Positions 12,240-24,921 of a stretch of 64,000 nucleotides of DNA are shown here, piece by piece. Within the stretch, counting starts at the first letter, position 1; every line of letters begins with the position of its first letter. The translations under genes were made by a program, and so were the position numbers. The notes under the pieces are model-generated. The model made no database searches. It saw only the letters and a list, made by a program, of their open reading frames with translations, and had not been told where the DNA came from. This stretch comes from Lingula anatina (Eukaryota > Animalia > Brachiopoda). Location: positions 18,666,848 to 18,730,847 of the forward strand of contig CM120643.1 of assembly GCA_051362555.1 (NCBI GenBank), read 5' to 3'.

Positions 12240-13330
12240 TTACATAAAACTTTTTTCCACTCATGTCAGTGTCTAGTCACAGTAACGATGGTTGTTACGC
12301 CTGACCTTTTCTGGCTGCTACCAGGGCTCTCAAATGGCAGGGCATTCCTTGGGATAGGTTTTTAAAGTTCAATCTGGAATAACATTCCAGGCATTGGCCA
12401 AAATCTGTCCAATATGACCCAGTTTTGTTGTAGGACATGTAGGCCATTGATTCGGCAAGTAATGGCTGACCCACATATTGTGTATGTGGTTCAACTATGG
12501 CGATTTTGATGACCAAGATAGCTGTTCATTCCCTTGGTTCTGTAAGTAATCCGCTATTAAAAGTGATCTGTGTGAGCCGGCAATCTCACCGTGCAACCTA
12601 AAATTGTTCCCAAGTTGCCCCCTATCAAATGATAGCCAAGTGGTTCCCAGATTATTTCTTTATTTGATCTGGTTCAGGTTTTCGTCGATGACTACCATTG
12701 GTGTTTTGGCACCAATGTGGTATCCACTCCAAATACTGACGCTGTTAATGACCTTAGTCACTTAGGACGCGACACACGCTTTGTCGTTGGCCTCTTCTGG
12801 ATGTCTGTAAACTCTGTTTTGGCTGTTGAGCGGTACAGGTGAAATCTGACCTCAGTAAAGAAAGCCACGAGATTTCAGTGTTCAACCCAGAAACAGTCAA
12901 GGCCCCCAATTCATTAGAGAAACATACAACGATGTTTTGCTGTTAACAGTGGGTTCCTCGGAGGTCGTCTGGTATTCTAAACTGCTAAAACCAGTTTGGT
13001 GTTCGCTAAGGGCCTTGAAAAATGCGTTTTGGTGGCAATGTACCCTTCATTCTGAACGGACTGGGTGTTTTTGTTTAATTGCAACAGCATAACTCGAAAG
13101 ACAGTGGGTCCTGTACCCTGGTGCTAAGATTTCAATACATTGGTTGTACATCAGTCTGGGCATTACTCTATAAAACTTTGCGGACCGTTTCGTTTGGCGC
13201 AATTATCTGTCTGGCTATGCCTGCCTTTTTCGCGCCATTCTGCCACAGATTAACAAATTTGTAAAGCACTACATAGCTCATTTTACACACTGCAAACCCG
13301 ACCACTTGCATGCAAAATTTCAAATTCTTC
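12240..13330 (-). mobile_element. Decayed Tc1/mariner-like transposase remnant
   Basis: Minus-strand fragments FFTEVRFHL (cf. Tc1 VLFTDESRF) and SVSIWSG (cf. SVMVWG), with many stops and frameshifts. Boundaries approximate. Confidence 0.5.
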
Positions 13331-13534
13331 TATGCAGTAGTTGCCGACATATAGATACTTTTTTTGACAGAACCATGCTTTGCCAAAGCCATTTTTTACC
13401 TGCCCAAAGGAGCACTACCCAATTAAATCACTGCATATTACATAATGCAGCAGCGCAACAAACCTGGTATTCAGTTAATTGGTAGCGACACACCTGACTA
13501 CACACTTCTACATTCACATATCTCATATGAGATC

Positions 13535-13570
<36 letters not shown>

Positions 13571-13686
13571 AAAAAAGAACGCATTTTCACCTAGGCATAC
13601 CTTCGAAACCCGAAATATTCCATATTAAATGTCAAGTCTGTATATTGTTTGACAAACATGCCCTACTCGCAAATAGAGAGTCCACA

Positions 13687-14215
13687 ATGCGGAAAATGTC
13701 GATAATAGAAATTTCCACAATGCAAGGAAAGAGTTACTTTAGGCTGTATCTGTGGTGTTTGATGAATGTCATTGTTAGTGTTGGAGATATGAAGGCACAG
13801 AGGTGGCCGGCGCCATGTCATTGTGATTTTACGTCCTTGTCACAGAAAATTGTCAATTGCTCTTACAGCCCAATCCGTGCCCTGGATATACGTATGCCAC
13901 GTAATACAACTGTACTGGATCTACGCTACACCGGTCTGTCTGAGATCCCACCACGCGCATTGAGTCGACTCGAAAATCTGTATGCACTGTATTCAGGAGT
14001 CAACAGCATAAAACACTTTCATGAGGATAGTTTTGCAGCTTTATGGAATTTTGAGCACTTGGGTTTGTCTCCGCTTCTTTCAGACACGAATTATAATTAT
14101 GAAATATTCCCAGTGAGCTTGTTTCGTGATTTAACACAGCACAGATGCAAAAATGTTATTTAGACCAAACAAAAGCTCCCTTACATCGATTGTTATAGGT
14201 GTTTTTTCCGAGTTA
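13687..14215 (+). pseudogene. Truncated TLR relic (signal peptide, LRRNT, ~3 LRRs)
   Basis: Clear paralogy to the TLR N-termini. The first LRRNT Cys is changed to Trp (QRWPAPCHC), an internal deletion at ~14140 shifts frame to a stop at 14163, and homology ends at ~14215 where the sequence jumps to the 3'-flank repeat. No TM or TIR. Confidence 0.85.
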
Positions 14216-14349
14216 CCAATACTGCATTTCGTATTTGATGAGAAATAAATATAATATTAATTCGAAAAAAAAAAATTAGTGGAAAATATCCCTGTACTAA
14301 ATGAGTTTGCCTTCATTCAAGAGACAATATACTTACGTTGTATAACCTT

Positions 14350-14480
14350 AACAAAGACTGTCCAATCATAAAGTTCGATGGGTGAAAAGGGAATTCCCCA
14401 CAGCTGTTGGCAAACAAAAGATTTGTACAAGTCCAAGGAGAGAATTTGTTACAGTTTTGTGAAAGCATAAGTTATTTGAA
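14350..14480 (+). promoter_or_regulatory. kB module, copy 3 (GGGAATTCCC 14389-14398), ~0.8 kb upstream of TLR B
   Basis: Paralogous to copy 1, with an internal deletion downstream of the kB site. Confidence 0.6.
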
Positions 14481-15176
14481 TTACATGAATTAAAAAATGT
14501 AGAAGTATATAGAAATAATTTTTTTGGTGAATTTGGGGTGAGAGGGGTTGAGAACATGTTAACGCTTAACATATCTTTTCAAAAAACCTCTTGCTGTGGT
14601 TGCAAGCGCACTCCCCCTCCTTCCTGCTGCATTCGCCATTTTGTTTGTTCTAAGGTTTCCTTATCTTTTTTTTCTCACATGCTTTACTTTGATCAATGCG
14701 TTCTGATTTCAGCAAATGTTAAAAAACAACATTTTGCAAGATATTAAAGAGGAGCGGTGTTCCATACTCGTGGGATTGTGACTTGTGTTTGTGAACATAA
14801 ACGAGCGCAATGTAAACACAGTGTTGATTCTACACACTAAACGTTTTTTATAAGTCTGTTGAAACCTATAGAAGTTTTCTTTTAATAAATGTCAACCGAT
14901 CTCTGCAAAACCAGGAAGAAAAATATATTAGAGAAGTGGCCCAGAGAAAGCAATATATTTAGTGAACTGTTCGTGTATAAAGCAATCCTAGTCACAATCA
15001 AAAAGGAAGAGTAATGCGATATGCTAGATAAGATGAATGTTCAGGTAGCCCATACATAAAAGCCTGTGAAAAGCCTGTCGCCATGATTTGGCCCCATCTT
15101 AAGAAGAAGAGAGTTTCATTGTATATTAAAAGAGAATGTGACTGAATGAGGGGCATTTTAGAAGTATTTTTTGTGC

Positions 15177-18100
15177 ATGAAAAGAATGTCCAGAATTGAA
15201 ATTTCCACGATGCCAGGAAAATGTTACTTTATACTGTATCTGTGGTGTGTAATGAATTTCATCGTTAGTACTGGAGGTTTCAAGGCAAAGAGATGCCCGA
15301 CGCCATGTCAATGTGATTTTACGTCTTTGTCACATGGAATTGTCAACTGCTCTTACAGCCTAATCCGTGCCCTGCCCCTGGATATACCTATACCACGTAA
15401 TACAACTGTACTGGATCTACGGTACACCGGTCTGCCTGAGATCCCACCGCACGCATTTAGTCACCTGGAGAATCTAAAAGTACTGTATGTCGGAGGGAAC
15501 GATATTACACACTTTCATGAGGATAGTTTTGCAGGTTTATGGCATTTGGAACTATTAGATTTGTCTCCACTTCACTCGGACATGAACTTTGATTATGAAG
15601 CATTCCCTGCAAACTTGTTTCGTGATTTAATCTTGTTAGAAGTTCTGATATTCGGAAAGATGGGCATCAGTGTACAGGTGCAACAAGGCTATATAGACCA
15701 AACCTTAGCTCCCTTGCATCAATTGCAAAAGGTGACCTTTCCAAGTCTTCTGGGAGGAGATTCACCATTTGGTTGCGGATACAACAATCTTACTTCACTG
15801 AAAACAGTGGTGTTTCATGGAGTTGGATATGTAACGAACATAAGAAAGCACACCTTTGCCATGTTAAAAAACTGTCCTATCGAACGGCTAGCTTTCATTA
15901 ACTGTGGACTGGACACCATAGAATATGGCGCATTGTCTTCATTTCCACATTTGAAAGCATTGGACATAGAGTTGGCCTACTTTATATCAATCACAGAGGC
16001 CGAGAAGTTTATATGTGACCTGAACAATACAGCAATTGAAGTTCTTCGCATGAACAACATATTCGCATGGCGAAATGGGAAACCAAGTGTTCCACAGTGG
16101 ATTGTGTCTGCTAATACTTTTCAATGTTTGAAACACACATCACTTATGACATTGGAATTATTGCACAATAGAATTGAAGCAATCGACTTTCAAATTTTAA
16201 ATATTCTGACTAATTTAGAATATTTAGATTTGTCTGGTAACAACATTTTATTTGTCTTAGAAAATGGAATAGAGCTAGTTAGATATGAAAGAATGTTTAC
16301 CCAAATGTTAAAGACAAACCTAACTCTTTGCAGGATAGACCACAATATTAATCTCGCGCATATGGTGACATCTCAAGATGTTCCATCAAACTCCTTTTGG
16401 TATGGCCGTCCAAAAGTTCCTTTAGAACCAGCTAAATACTCGTATGCCAGCCCAACCCACAAAACCAAAACCCACAAAACACATGATTTTCGTTTAGAGC
16501 TCCCAATTTTGAAAATAATTTTGCCTGAAAATTTAGAATACGTGTCCGTAAGCTGGTTGGCTACACATAATAATAATATTTTCCCATGTGGGACATTTAA
16601 GGGGTCTTTTTATTTCTTTCCAAACAAGCTCAGATATCTCAGAATAGAGGAAGTGAATTTAAAAACTATTTGTGCCCCATTTTATGGCTTAGATTGGCTA
16701 GAATTTCTGGATTTATCTTATAATGGTGTTTACTTCCTTCCAAAAAGTTTTTTTGATAATTTCATCTCACTGATTTACTTGTATCTGAAAGACAACAATT
16801 TAGGACCTTTGTTAGCTAAAGGTGGTCTACATCCCATGTATCTTCCGCTCTTAGAAATCCTCGATTTATCAGTGAACAAAATCAGCACAATACCAAAGGA
16901 CTTTTTCCGCTATCTTGAATCCTTGAAACGACTGGACCTCAGTGACAATCGAATATCAAAAATATCTTTTACTACGACAAATTTTCACTCCATAGAATTC
17001 ATAGACATAAGCACTAATCAACTAACTGCCTTATCGTTATCGGAGTTGGAACACATTAGGAATGTGAATGCCAGTAATTTGGATGTTGCTTTGAACATGA
17101 GCAACAACCCCATGGACTGCAACGTTTGCGACGGGATAGGATTTCTCCACTTGATTATCCATTCCAACATGACGACAATATTCTCCAACGACTCCACTTG
17201 TTATGTGAATGGATCTAAAACAAGCTTATTGAGCAGCCTGAGTAGACTTGAGAGGGCATGCGACAGCTTTTCACAGTCAAACATTTCATCAAACCAGTGG
17301 CTTTCCTTTGGAGCATCTCTTGGTAGCATATCTGCTGTGGCCTGTAGTCTTATAGTAGCTTACATTTACCGTTGGAATATCAAGTAAGTTGACTTGTGAG
17401 TGGTAAAAAGGTTTAATTTAATAGTCATTAAACATATATCGAAAGTGCTCACAAAATAGAATTTAACACAGAAAAATTGTGATTATATATAATAATGTTT
17501 ATTGTACTCTCTTTGCAATATAAACCAAGCATAACGAATGGATATAGAAAATACAGTATTAAAATGAATATAAAATGAAATAGTTAAAATAAAATATAGT
17601 TAAGTCATCCATTGAAAACTAATAATCAATGCAAAGACACAAATCATTGAAACGTGTGTCAGCAGTATGTGTAAAAAGTTATTTAACGTTAAGTGTAACG
17701 TTTCAGTAAAACATTTGTAATGGTTCCCGAGTACCTATTTGTTTTTTTCTCTCAATTTCATAGATACCGCTTCTTCCTTCTTCGCCGCCATTTTCGAAAT
17801 AGAGGTGTCATTACTGCAACACCTGGTCACGTGTACGCCTCCTATGACGACAACGATTATTACTGGGTAACGCACGTACTGTTGCGCCATTTAGAAGATG
17901 AGGATCAACTTGATGTCATTATAGATCAAAGAGATTTCATTGGTGGCGCTTCCCTTTCCGAGGCCATCGTAGAGGCCGTGGAAAACAGCAGAAAAACAGT
18001 GCTTGTTCTGTCTGAGAGCTACGTTCTCAATCCTTGGTGTGAGTTTGAGTTTCAGATGTCCCTTGCTCGTAGTTATCAATCAGTAATCCCGGTTATGTTT

Positions 18101-18286
18101 CAACCTGTGCCATTTGATGCTATGACGAAATCGCTGCGAAAGTACATTAGGGCAAGAGGGTATATCAAGTGGACTGACAACCCAGAGGGACAACGTTTGT
18201 TCTGGAAACGCCTCTCCGACGTCATCTTTGATGAGAATAATATACTTACGCAACCCGAGAAAGATGAATTGACTGAACTCATGTAG
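15177..18286 (+). CDS. Toll-like receptor B; exon 1 15177-17383 (start may be 15186), exon 2 17764-18286
   Basis: Same architecture as TLR A, with a phase-2 intron at the identical position (WNIK|YRFFLLRR) and an intact TIR ending DELTELM*. Confidence 0.95.
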
Positions 18287-19004
18287 ATGATGAAATTTGG
18301 TTTTATACTGTTGTGTATTGAATATATTCCATCACTGTATATTACGGACTAAAAGCGTAGTTTGTTTTCCTGTTCTTAAACATCTGGACGCAAATGTAAT
18401 GTTACCATCGCCTATTAGCATAATACATACTTTACTGAGGTATGCAAAGGATACAGAAGTATATATATAATATATTTGTAAAAGATCTCTATAAAACACC
18501 AAATGGTGAACAAAAATTGAGTGTTAGAATACCATGGCAACAAACTTACAAAAAATTACTTGTTAATGGGGAGGAAGTGAGTTTTAAGTAGTTCAGATAA
18601 ATGACAATATATAGAATTTTGGGTAATAGAGCTTACTTTTTAAATGCAAAATTATTGATAATCAATACTTCTATAAGATTTTAAAACTAATAAGTGCGCA
18701 TTTATTGGCTGCGAAATAGTTGGGCATTTTGTGGATAGAAGTGAAACAATGGATACATCAATCGACCACAGTTTAACAGTATCCTATTTCGAGATTACTG
18801 TGGAAAGTAGTAAATATGTGAAAAATATTTTGAATTAAACTTAACCTTAAGTCGATTTTTTCTCTTTCTATATGCGGAAGTGAGTATATCATTTCGTACT
18901 TGATGAGAAATAAATAGAGCGATTGCAAGAATATTAAGTAAAAAAATAATTCTGCATTAATATTGCCCTTATATAAGAGTCAATATACTTACTATGTACC
19001 ACCT

Positions 19005-19180
19005 TAACAAGGACTGTCCAATCATAAAGTTTGATGGGTAAACGGGGAATTCCCCACAGCTGTTGGCGAACAAAAGATTTGTACAGGTACGTGTTTTCCT
19101 ATTTAATTCCGCAAAATGAACAGAGAGAGAGAAAGATACATCTGAGGATTTGTAACAATTGTGTGACAGTTTAAGTTATT
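19005..19180 (+). promoter_or_regulatory. kB module, copy 4 (GGGGAATTCCCC 19044-19055)
   Basis: Paralogous to copy 1. Confidence 0.6.
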
Positions 19181-20049
19181 TGAAGTAAATGCATATTAAT
19201 ATGTAGATGCCATACATTAATACATATTTTGTGCCGTCACTCTATTACTTTTCGCCTTTGCCGACTCTTGTATCCAGTTGTAACGGATAGTCCTATGGAA
19301 ACAGGAAAATTGAATCTTTCATTATTATTAGCACAATATTATTTAATAATACAATATGCACGGCGATTAACCTAAAGAGGCTTAGCACTGTTCTTAAAGT
19401 ATAATTAAAGCCTGAGAGAAATTTGATATAAACATTTCTCACTTTAATTTTTTAAAAATCTTTTACGAAAGAAATAATTATGTTTAAGACACTTGTTAAA
19501 AAGGTTTTTATACATGTACATACTAGGCTTGGAGCAAGAGAAGAAAAAAGCCATCAAAACCACATAGCATATTGCTGCCCCTGAAACATGTATGTATTGG
19601 TGCACGTGGTAGCTGGAAAAATGTTAAGGATGTCAGGAAAAATTGGGAATTGCTTTTTATTTTATTATTATTTTTTTTTTTTTTGAGGCTCCTTGGTATT
19701 TCATGTCATTGTTGTTCCCTGCATCCAGATGGGAGATGGGAGAAGAAGGTATTAAAAACAATCCATGCATTATTGTCTTAAAAACATAATTCCTCCGACG
19801 ATTCTACTTCCTCTTTCGTTTTTATAATTATTCATAAGCAACACGTATGTTTATTTGTAAGTAGCAGATATTTATTGGGCGAGTGGGAACTAGACTGGGA
19901 ATAACTGAACTTGTAAGTACAGGCTTTCACAGGACAAAATATTGATGTTGAGTAGAAGTAGAAATATGCAGCATTTTACTCAGGAGTAAATTGTACCTTC
20001 AATAAGCCTGACCTTCATTGAAGTATTAAAACTCGTTTTATCCAACGCA

Positions 20050-20220
20050 ACAACAAAGGCTATCCAATCATAAGGAGCGGGAGTACATGAGGGAATCCCC
20101 CACAGCTGTGGGCGAACAAAAATGTGTACACGCATGGATTCTCTAAGTTATAATCAAATAAAAAAAGTGCATAAGAAAGGTGTGCTCGAGGGTTTGTGCC
20201 GGTTGAGTGAAACATGATAA
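20050..20220 (+). promoter_or_regulatory. kB module, copy 5, diverged (GGGAATCCCC 20091-20100), ~1.15 kb upstream of TLR C
   Basis: Flanks are diverged but CCAATCATAA, a consensus kB site and GGCGAACAAAA are retained. Confidence 0.55.
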
Positions 20221-21253
20221 GCAATTTGACGTTATAATCATACAGAGGCCTGTATAGACCATTTGTATAAGACGTCACGCTTCCATTGTTGCTGATGGCT
20301 TGTCACTGATAACATGATGATGACTAAGCATCCCTCTAGAAGTTAACTGAAATCCTCAATGAGCTCTGATGGAAGACTTCAACCTTTTTTCTAGAGAAAG
20401 TTTGTTATGTAGCACAGTGTATAGTTACATGTCTATAACTTTTCAAAAAATATACATAAAATTATACATGAAGTGAATATGAAAGAAGTTTAGCTAATCC
20501 TATATCAGGTGCTAGGCATAAAAAAGAGAAGAAAAGGGCCACTAAAACCTCATAGGATATCTTTGCTTTTGAATCTATACATGTATATCCTCTAACAATG
20601 TCACAGATAGATTTTAACTAGACATTCAAAGATATGTCTTTGCATGCTCTTGCTAGTTCTCTGCACATTCATGCACAGCAAAAATTTATGTATGGAATAT
20701 ACAACATCACTCATCTGGCCTCTAGCAAAGAAAACACATGTATATGGTAGTGGTTCTTTGAAAAAAAAATCGTTCATAATGCCAGGACAAATCGTGAATA
20801 TTTAAGAGGCAACCGCTTTACTATTGAGATTCCATTACTGTTCCAGTATCTTAATAATAGAAAAAAAGTTATCACTTACATTTGAAACTCGGGGTGGATG
20901 TAGTGATATCATCGCAAAAGGTCTATATATAAACTGTGGTTTGGCTGACAGCATAAAAAACTATTCGTATTTTGAATGAAAACGAAACGGGAAGAATGTC
21001 CTTTCAATTCATGTGAATCTACAGTACTAATACCAGGAAAGTGAAACATGAGAAGCAGCAAATAGTTGTCAGGTATTAGGGGGAAAAATGAAGACAAGGG
21101 ACCAGGAAGGTGCACTACGTACGTGTCATAACAGATGTAAGAAGATGTGTAAAGAAAAAATAGGTGGGGCATGGGGAAGCACATCAGTCGTCAAGGGTGT
21201 CAGTTCAGTAATACTAGTATTCTTGGCTACCAGTAGGATATAAAGATTCGAGA

Positions 21254-24200
21254 ATGTCGAGAATGGAAGTTTTCCCAGTGCCAAGAAAATGTTATTTTTT
21301 GCTGTATCAGTGGTGTTTGGTCTCTGTCATTGTTAGTACTGGCGGATACAAGGCTCAGAGGTGCCCGGCGCCGTGTCATTGTGATTTTACGTCTTTGTCA
21401 CTGGGAATTGTCAACTGCTCTTACAGTCCAATCCGTGCCCTGTCCCTCGATATACTTATTCCACGTAACACAACTGTGCTGGATCTACGTTACACCGGTC
21501 TGACTGAGATCCCACCGCACGCATTTAGTCAACTGGAGAATTTAAAAGTACTGTACGTCGGAGGGAACGATATTACACACTTTCATGAGGATAGTTTTGC
21601 AGGTTTATGGAATTTAGAACACTTACATTTGTCTCCACTTCATCCAGGCACAAATTTTGATTATGAAGCGTTCCCCGTGAACTTGTTCCACAATTTAACA
21701 ATGTTAGAAGTTCTGATATTTGGAGAAATGAGCACCGGCGCGCTGGTGCAGCAGGATTATTTAGACCAAACAATAGCTCCCTTACATCGATTGCAACAGT
21801 TGTATATTCCAGGTCTACTTTGGCACAATTTGAGATTTGGTCCTGGTTACAGCAATCTCACGTCACTTCGAACTGTGATGTTCAAAGGAGATGGAAGTAA
21901 AACATACCTAAGAAGACGCGATTTTGTCAATTTAAAAAATTGTCCTATCGAACGTCTGGCTTTCATAGGCTGTGGACTTAGCGGTGTAGAATACGGTACA
22001 CTGTCTTCATTTCCTCAATTGAAAACACTGGACATTGAGGTTGCTAACTTTATCTCAGTGAGAGAGGTCGAGCAGTTTATCTGTGACCTCAAGAATACCT
22101 CAATAGAATCACTTCGCTTGTGCAACATATTTTCAAGACAACAAGGGAAAGCGCCGGTTTCACAGTGGGTTGTGTCTGCTAACACTTTTCACTGTTTGAA
22201 AAACACATCACTTAAGACGTTGGAATTATTGCGTGATAGAATTGAAGCGTTTGACTATCAAAATCTTCTTTTTCTGACTCATTTAGAATATGTAGATTTG
22301 TCTGGTAACAACCTTTTATTTTCCTTACAAAATGGTTCAGACATAAATGGTTGGCGTCCTATAGCCCGTACACTTCTATTACTTCCTAACTTAGTCTTTT
22401 TAAGGATTGACAACAATCTTCATGACACAACTAAGGTGACTGCCCAAGATATTCCACCATACTCCTTTTGGTATGGCCGTCCAGAGGTACCTTTAGAACC
22501 AGCCAAACATGTAAGTCCTTTGCACAAAGTACATCAAGACCCCTTACACAACTTAGATTTACAGTACCCGATTTTGAAAGTTAGTTTGCCTGAAAATTTA
22601 GAATTTTGGTGTACCAGCTGGTGGGCTTCGCTTACTTATGATATTGTCAATTATGACACAGTCCAGGGGTCAATTCTATTCTCTCCAAACAAGCTTAGAT
22701 ATCTCAAATTAGAGGGCATACCACTTAAAGCCCTTCCTTACGTCATTTATGGTTTAGATAGACTTGAGTTTCTGGATATTTCTCATGGTGGTTGGTACTT
22801 TGTTCCAAAAACTTTTTTCAATAATTTCATCTCACTGATATACCTGTATTTGAAAGATAACAATTTAGGACCTTTGATTGCTAAAGGTGGTCTACATCCA
22901 ATGCAACTCTCACATTTAGAAATCCTCGATTTATCAGTGAACAAAATAAGCACAATACCAAAAGACTTTTTCCGCTATCTTGTATCCTTAAAACGACTGG
23001 ACATCAGCGACAATCGGATATCAAAATTATCTTTTACCATGACAAATTTTCACTCCATAGAACTCATAGATATAAGCACTAATCAACTAACTACCTTGTC
23101 GACATCGGAGTTGGACTTCATTAGGAAGATGAATGCCAGTAGTTTGAATGTTACTTTGAACGTAATCAACAATCCCATGGACTGCAACGTTTGTGACGGG
23201 AGAGGATTTCTCCACTGGATTGTCTCTTCCAATATGACGATTATATTCTCCAACGACTCCACTTGCTACGTGAACGGATCTAAGACAAGCTTAGAGAGTA
23301 GCCTGAGAAGACTTGAGAGGGAATGCGACAGCTCTCCACAGACGATCATTTCATCAAACCAGTGGCTTTCCTTGGGAGCATCTATTGGTAGCATATCTGC
23401 TGTTGCCTGTGGTCTTATAGTAGCTTACATTTACCGTTGGAATATTAAGTAAGTTAAAGTACGAGTGTATGTTAAGGGGATAAAATTTCATGTTGATTAA
23501 AAATATCTAAAATGCGAACGAAATACAATTTTACACAGTAAAGTTATATATTTGAGACTCAAGAAATAGCACAACTATTCTAATGTTCCCTTATATATGA
23601 ACGACCACTTTTGCACTAAATGCTCATATTTCATTGGCACGATAAATTGGTATCAAAAAGGTGTGGTGACTGTAGCTACCTGATTCATAAGGCAAATTAG
23701 TGCTGATTACGGAATAAGACAACATAGAAATACTTTCACACGTGGCACTTGTATAGAAACGGCTCTAAATTGTTTACAATACTGGCGTTGACAATACAAT
23801 TAAAGCCGGTGTAACGAAACTGAGGGTCTATGTAACAGAAAGTTCACCCTCCATATAGTTATAATGGTTAGGGATAGTCTGACCTAAGTGGGTCAAAATC
23901 TAGGGCGAGGCTCACCTGCACAAATGAATAGGAAGCGGACTCTCTGTTATGGGGGACTCTCTGTCACGTTTCACCGGATATATTGGTGCCCAGTGCACAC
24001 TGACTCTTTTCTTTCCGAAATCCTACTGTGGGTTTTAAGCAGACTAAAAAACTCAATGTGACTCTGCCAAAAACTTGAAAAAAAAAAAAAAAAAAAAAAA
24101 AAAAACAATACTGGGTCAAAATTTTATTAAGACACCACAAAAATGAGCAACCTTTCAGAAGTACAATTAGACCCTTATAAACAGCTTAACTATCCATAAG

Positions 24201-24921
24201 AAATTGAATCAGCAAAAACCTTTACTTAGAATACAGAACTATAACAACCAGTTCACATGTGAAGTGACTTACATTTGAAAGGCCCCTATACTGTTTTTGA
24301 GACACCTTCGATGTAACGCGCTATCGGGTATTTAGTAGCACAAGAAAAAATAAATCGGATATGTGTAGAAAATAAAGAAATCTTATTTTACTCCGTTAAT
24401 ATTTTAGATACCGCTTCTTCCTTCTTCGCCGCCGTTTTCGAAAGAGAGGTGTCATTACTGCAACACCTGGTCACGTGTACGCCTCCTATGACGACAACGA
24501 TTATTACTGGGTGACGCACGTGCTGTTGCGTCATCTAGAAGATGAGGATCAACTTGATGTCATCATAGATCAAAGAGATTTCATTGGTGGTGCTTCACTT
24601 TCCGAGGCCATCGTAGAGGCTGTGGAAAACAGCAGGAAAACAGTACTTGTTCTGTCTGAGAGCTACGTTCTCAATCCTTGGTGTGAGTTTGAGTTTCAGA
24701 TGTCCCTTGCTCGTAGTTATCAATCAGTAATCCCGGTTATGTTTCAGCCTGTGCCATTTGATGCTATGACGAAATCGCTGCGAAAGTACATTAGGGCAAG
24801 AGGGTATATAAAGTGGACTGACAACCCAGAAGGACAACGTTTGTTCTGGAATCGCCTCTCCGACGCAATATTTGATGTGAATAATCCACTTGAGCAAGTT
24901 GATGAAGACGAGATAACTTAA
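21254..24921 (+). CDS. Toll-like receptor C; exon 1 21254-23448, exon 2 24408-24921
   Basis: Same architecture; intron 23449-24407 (GTAAGT...TTTTAG); intact TIR ending DEDEIT*. Confidence 0.95.
23806..23977. mobile_element. MITE-like insertion in the TLR C intron
   Basis: Imperfect inverted termini CCGGTGTAACG...CGTTTCACCGG, resembling the termini of the element at 47151-47268. Confidence 0.5.
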
